From positions 18,502 to 82,501 of the forward strand of contig JAJUHD010000001.1 in assembly GCA_029268085.1 (NCBI GenBank): 64,000 nt of DNA. The letters run 5' to 3'. The stretch comes from Bacillota bacterium. Lineage in GTDB: Bacteria > Bacillota > Clostridia > Oscillospirales > Oscillospiraceae. Of this stretch, positions 63,348-64,000 are shown one piece after another (position 1 is the stretch's first letter; every line of letters starts with the position of its first letter). Under the pieces are notes generated by a model. That model was not told where the DNA came from and searched no databases. It saw only the letters and a program-made list of their open reading frames with translations. The position numbers and the translations under genes are program-made.

Positions 63348-64000
63348 TCAGGGCACATAATGGCCGATAATCATTTTTACCATTTGATCGCCTATAATGA
63401 AATCGTAATAGAAATTTTTATATTCCGGGTTTTCCTTTTCGAGGTGTCTTAAATCTATGCCGCCTTCAACATCATAAGTCCCAAAAGAAGTATAATCAGG
63501 ACCTACAAGCGGCATAAATGAGGGATATTCCGCAGGATAAGAGATTATCTGGTTTGAATCTTCAATATGAAAGCCTTTTTCGCTTGCGTCCGCCACATAT
63601 TTCATCACGCGGATATTCACTCCGCGGAGCTTTCCGTTTTCCGTTTTGATGCTGTCGATCTTGCCGAAGATTTTTATGCCTCCAAGCTCAAGGTAACGGT
63701 TTGCTATGGACAGCATATCTACGGAAGTGATTCCGCCGCCGGTAAATCTGAAGCTGCCCTTAATTTTCCGCATAGTATCCTGATCGGCCGTTTTCTTGTA
63801 TAAGACTATTTCAGCGTTGCGGTTGGATGACGAAGAATTATAATCGTTCAGTATGTACTCCCGCAGCGCGCTGCCGTCGCTTGGAATCGTTTCGCTGCGA
63901 TAGGGAATCAGGCTGATGCGCCCTGCAATGCTGTCCTCGGAAAAAATATCCCAGGCAAGTTTTTTTTCTTTTGAAGCTTTCAAATCCCACTGCCCGGGAA
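63348..64000 (-). CDS. Hypothetical protein, probably continuing past the window end
   Basis: The frame stays open upstream of the TTG at 63983 to the window edge. The gene is A/T-rich and no family was recognised. Confidence 0.45.
   Translation of the reverse strand, partial: PGQWDLKASKEKKLAWDIFSEDSIAGRISLIPYRSETIPSDGSALREYILNDYNSSSSNRNAEIVLYKKTADQDTMRKIKGSFRFTGGGITSVDMLSIANRYLELGGIKIFGKIDSIKTENGKLRGVNIRVMKYVADASEKGFHIEDSNQIISYPAEYPSFMPLVGPDYTSFGTYDVEGGIDLRHLEKENPEYKNFYYDFIIGDQMVKMIIGHYVP

Overview
This 64 kb window looks like a Gram-positive, S-layer-bearing Firmicute, probably Clostridia-like. That placement is inferred from gene content only: hrcA-grpE-dnaK-dnaJ with a CIRCE operator, three SLH-domain proteins, LarBC, and LytS/LytTR. 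No rRNA, tRNA, CRISPR array, transposase, integrase or recognisable phage gene was found. About 58 CDS are supported. (1) nt 1-17.6 kb is one co-directional, tightly coupled cell-wall glycopolymer locus that looks more A/T-rich by eye than the rest. It holds GT2 enzymes; a 3-formamido-3,6-dideoxyhexose branch (FdtA/QdtA-like isomerase, DegT aminotransferase, N-formyltransferase); TagF/TagD glycerol-phosphate enzymes; a radical-SAM/SPASM enzyme; an aldolase-like protein plus two tandem nucleotidyltransferases; a polytopic membrane domain fused to a uridine-kinase-like kinase; a HAD phosphatase; and a GtrA/GtrB/GT-C extracytoplasmic glycosylation module. (2) nt 17.8-31 kb holds an SLH-anchored S1 protease, a lipoprotein, larC-larB, a URO-D/MtaA-like protein, a DUF2975-HTH module, an aldo-keto reductase and secDF. 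(3) nt 31-46 kb holds two trkA/ktrA-type RCK genes, a PRC-MgtE_N-CBS protein behind a ~490-nt terminator-containing leader, the heat-shock operon, an SLH protein, a 983-aa S-layer protein and an Ogt-AlkA fusion. (4) nt 46-64 kb holds a MarR plus heterodimeric ABC exporter, cell-wall remodelling enzymes (VanW, M14 peptidase, D-Ala-D-Ala carboxypeptidase), acs, LytS/LytTR, ylmH and a second URO-D-like paralog. The most unusual signal is non-coding. A ~193-nt, hairpin-rich, MITE-like element is present in three copies (44414-44604, 52594-52786, and 58452-58644 inverted). It sits at intrinsic terminators, and in two copies it is flanked by a direct duplication of the entire terminator hairpin (24 bp perfect and ~30 bp imperfect). 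All family assignments come from motif recognition by eye. No database search was possible.
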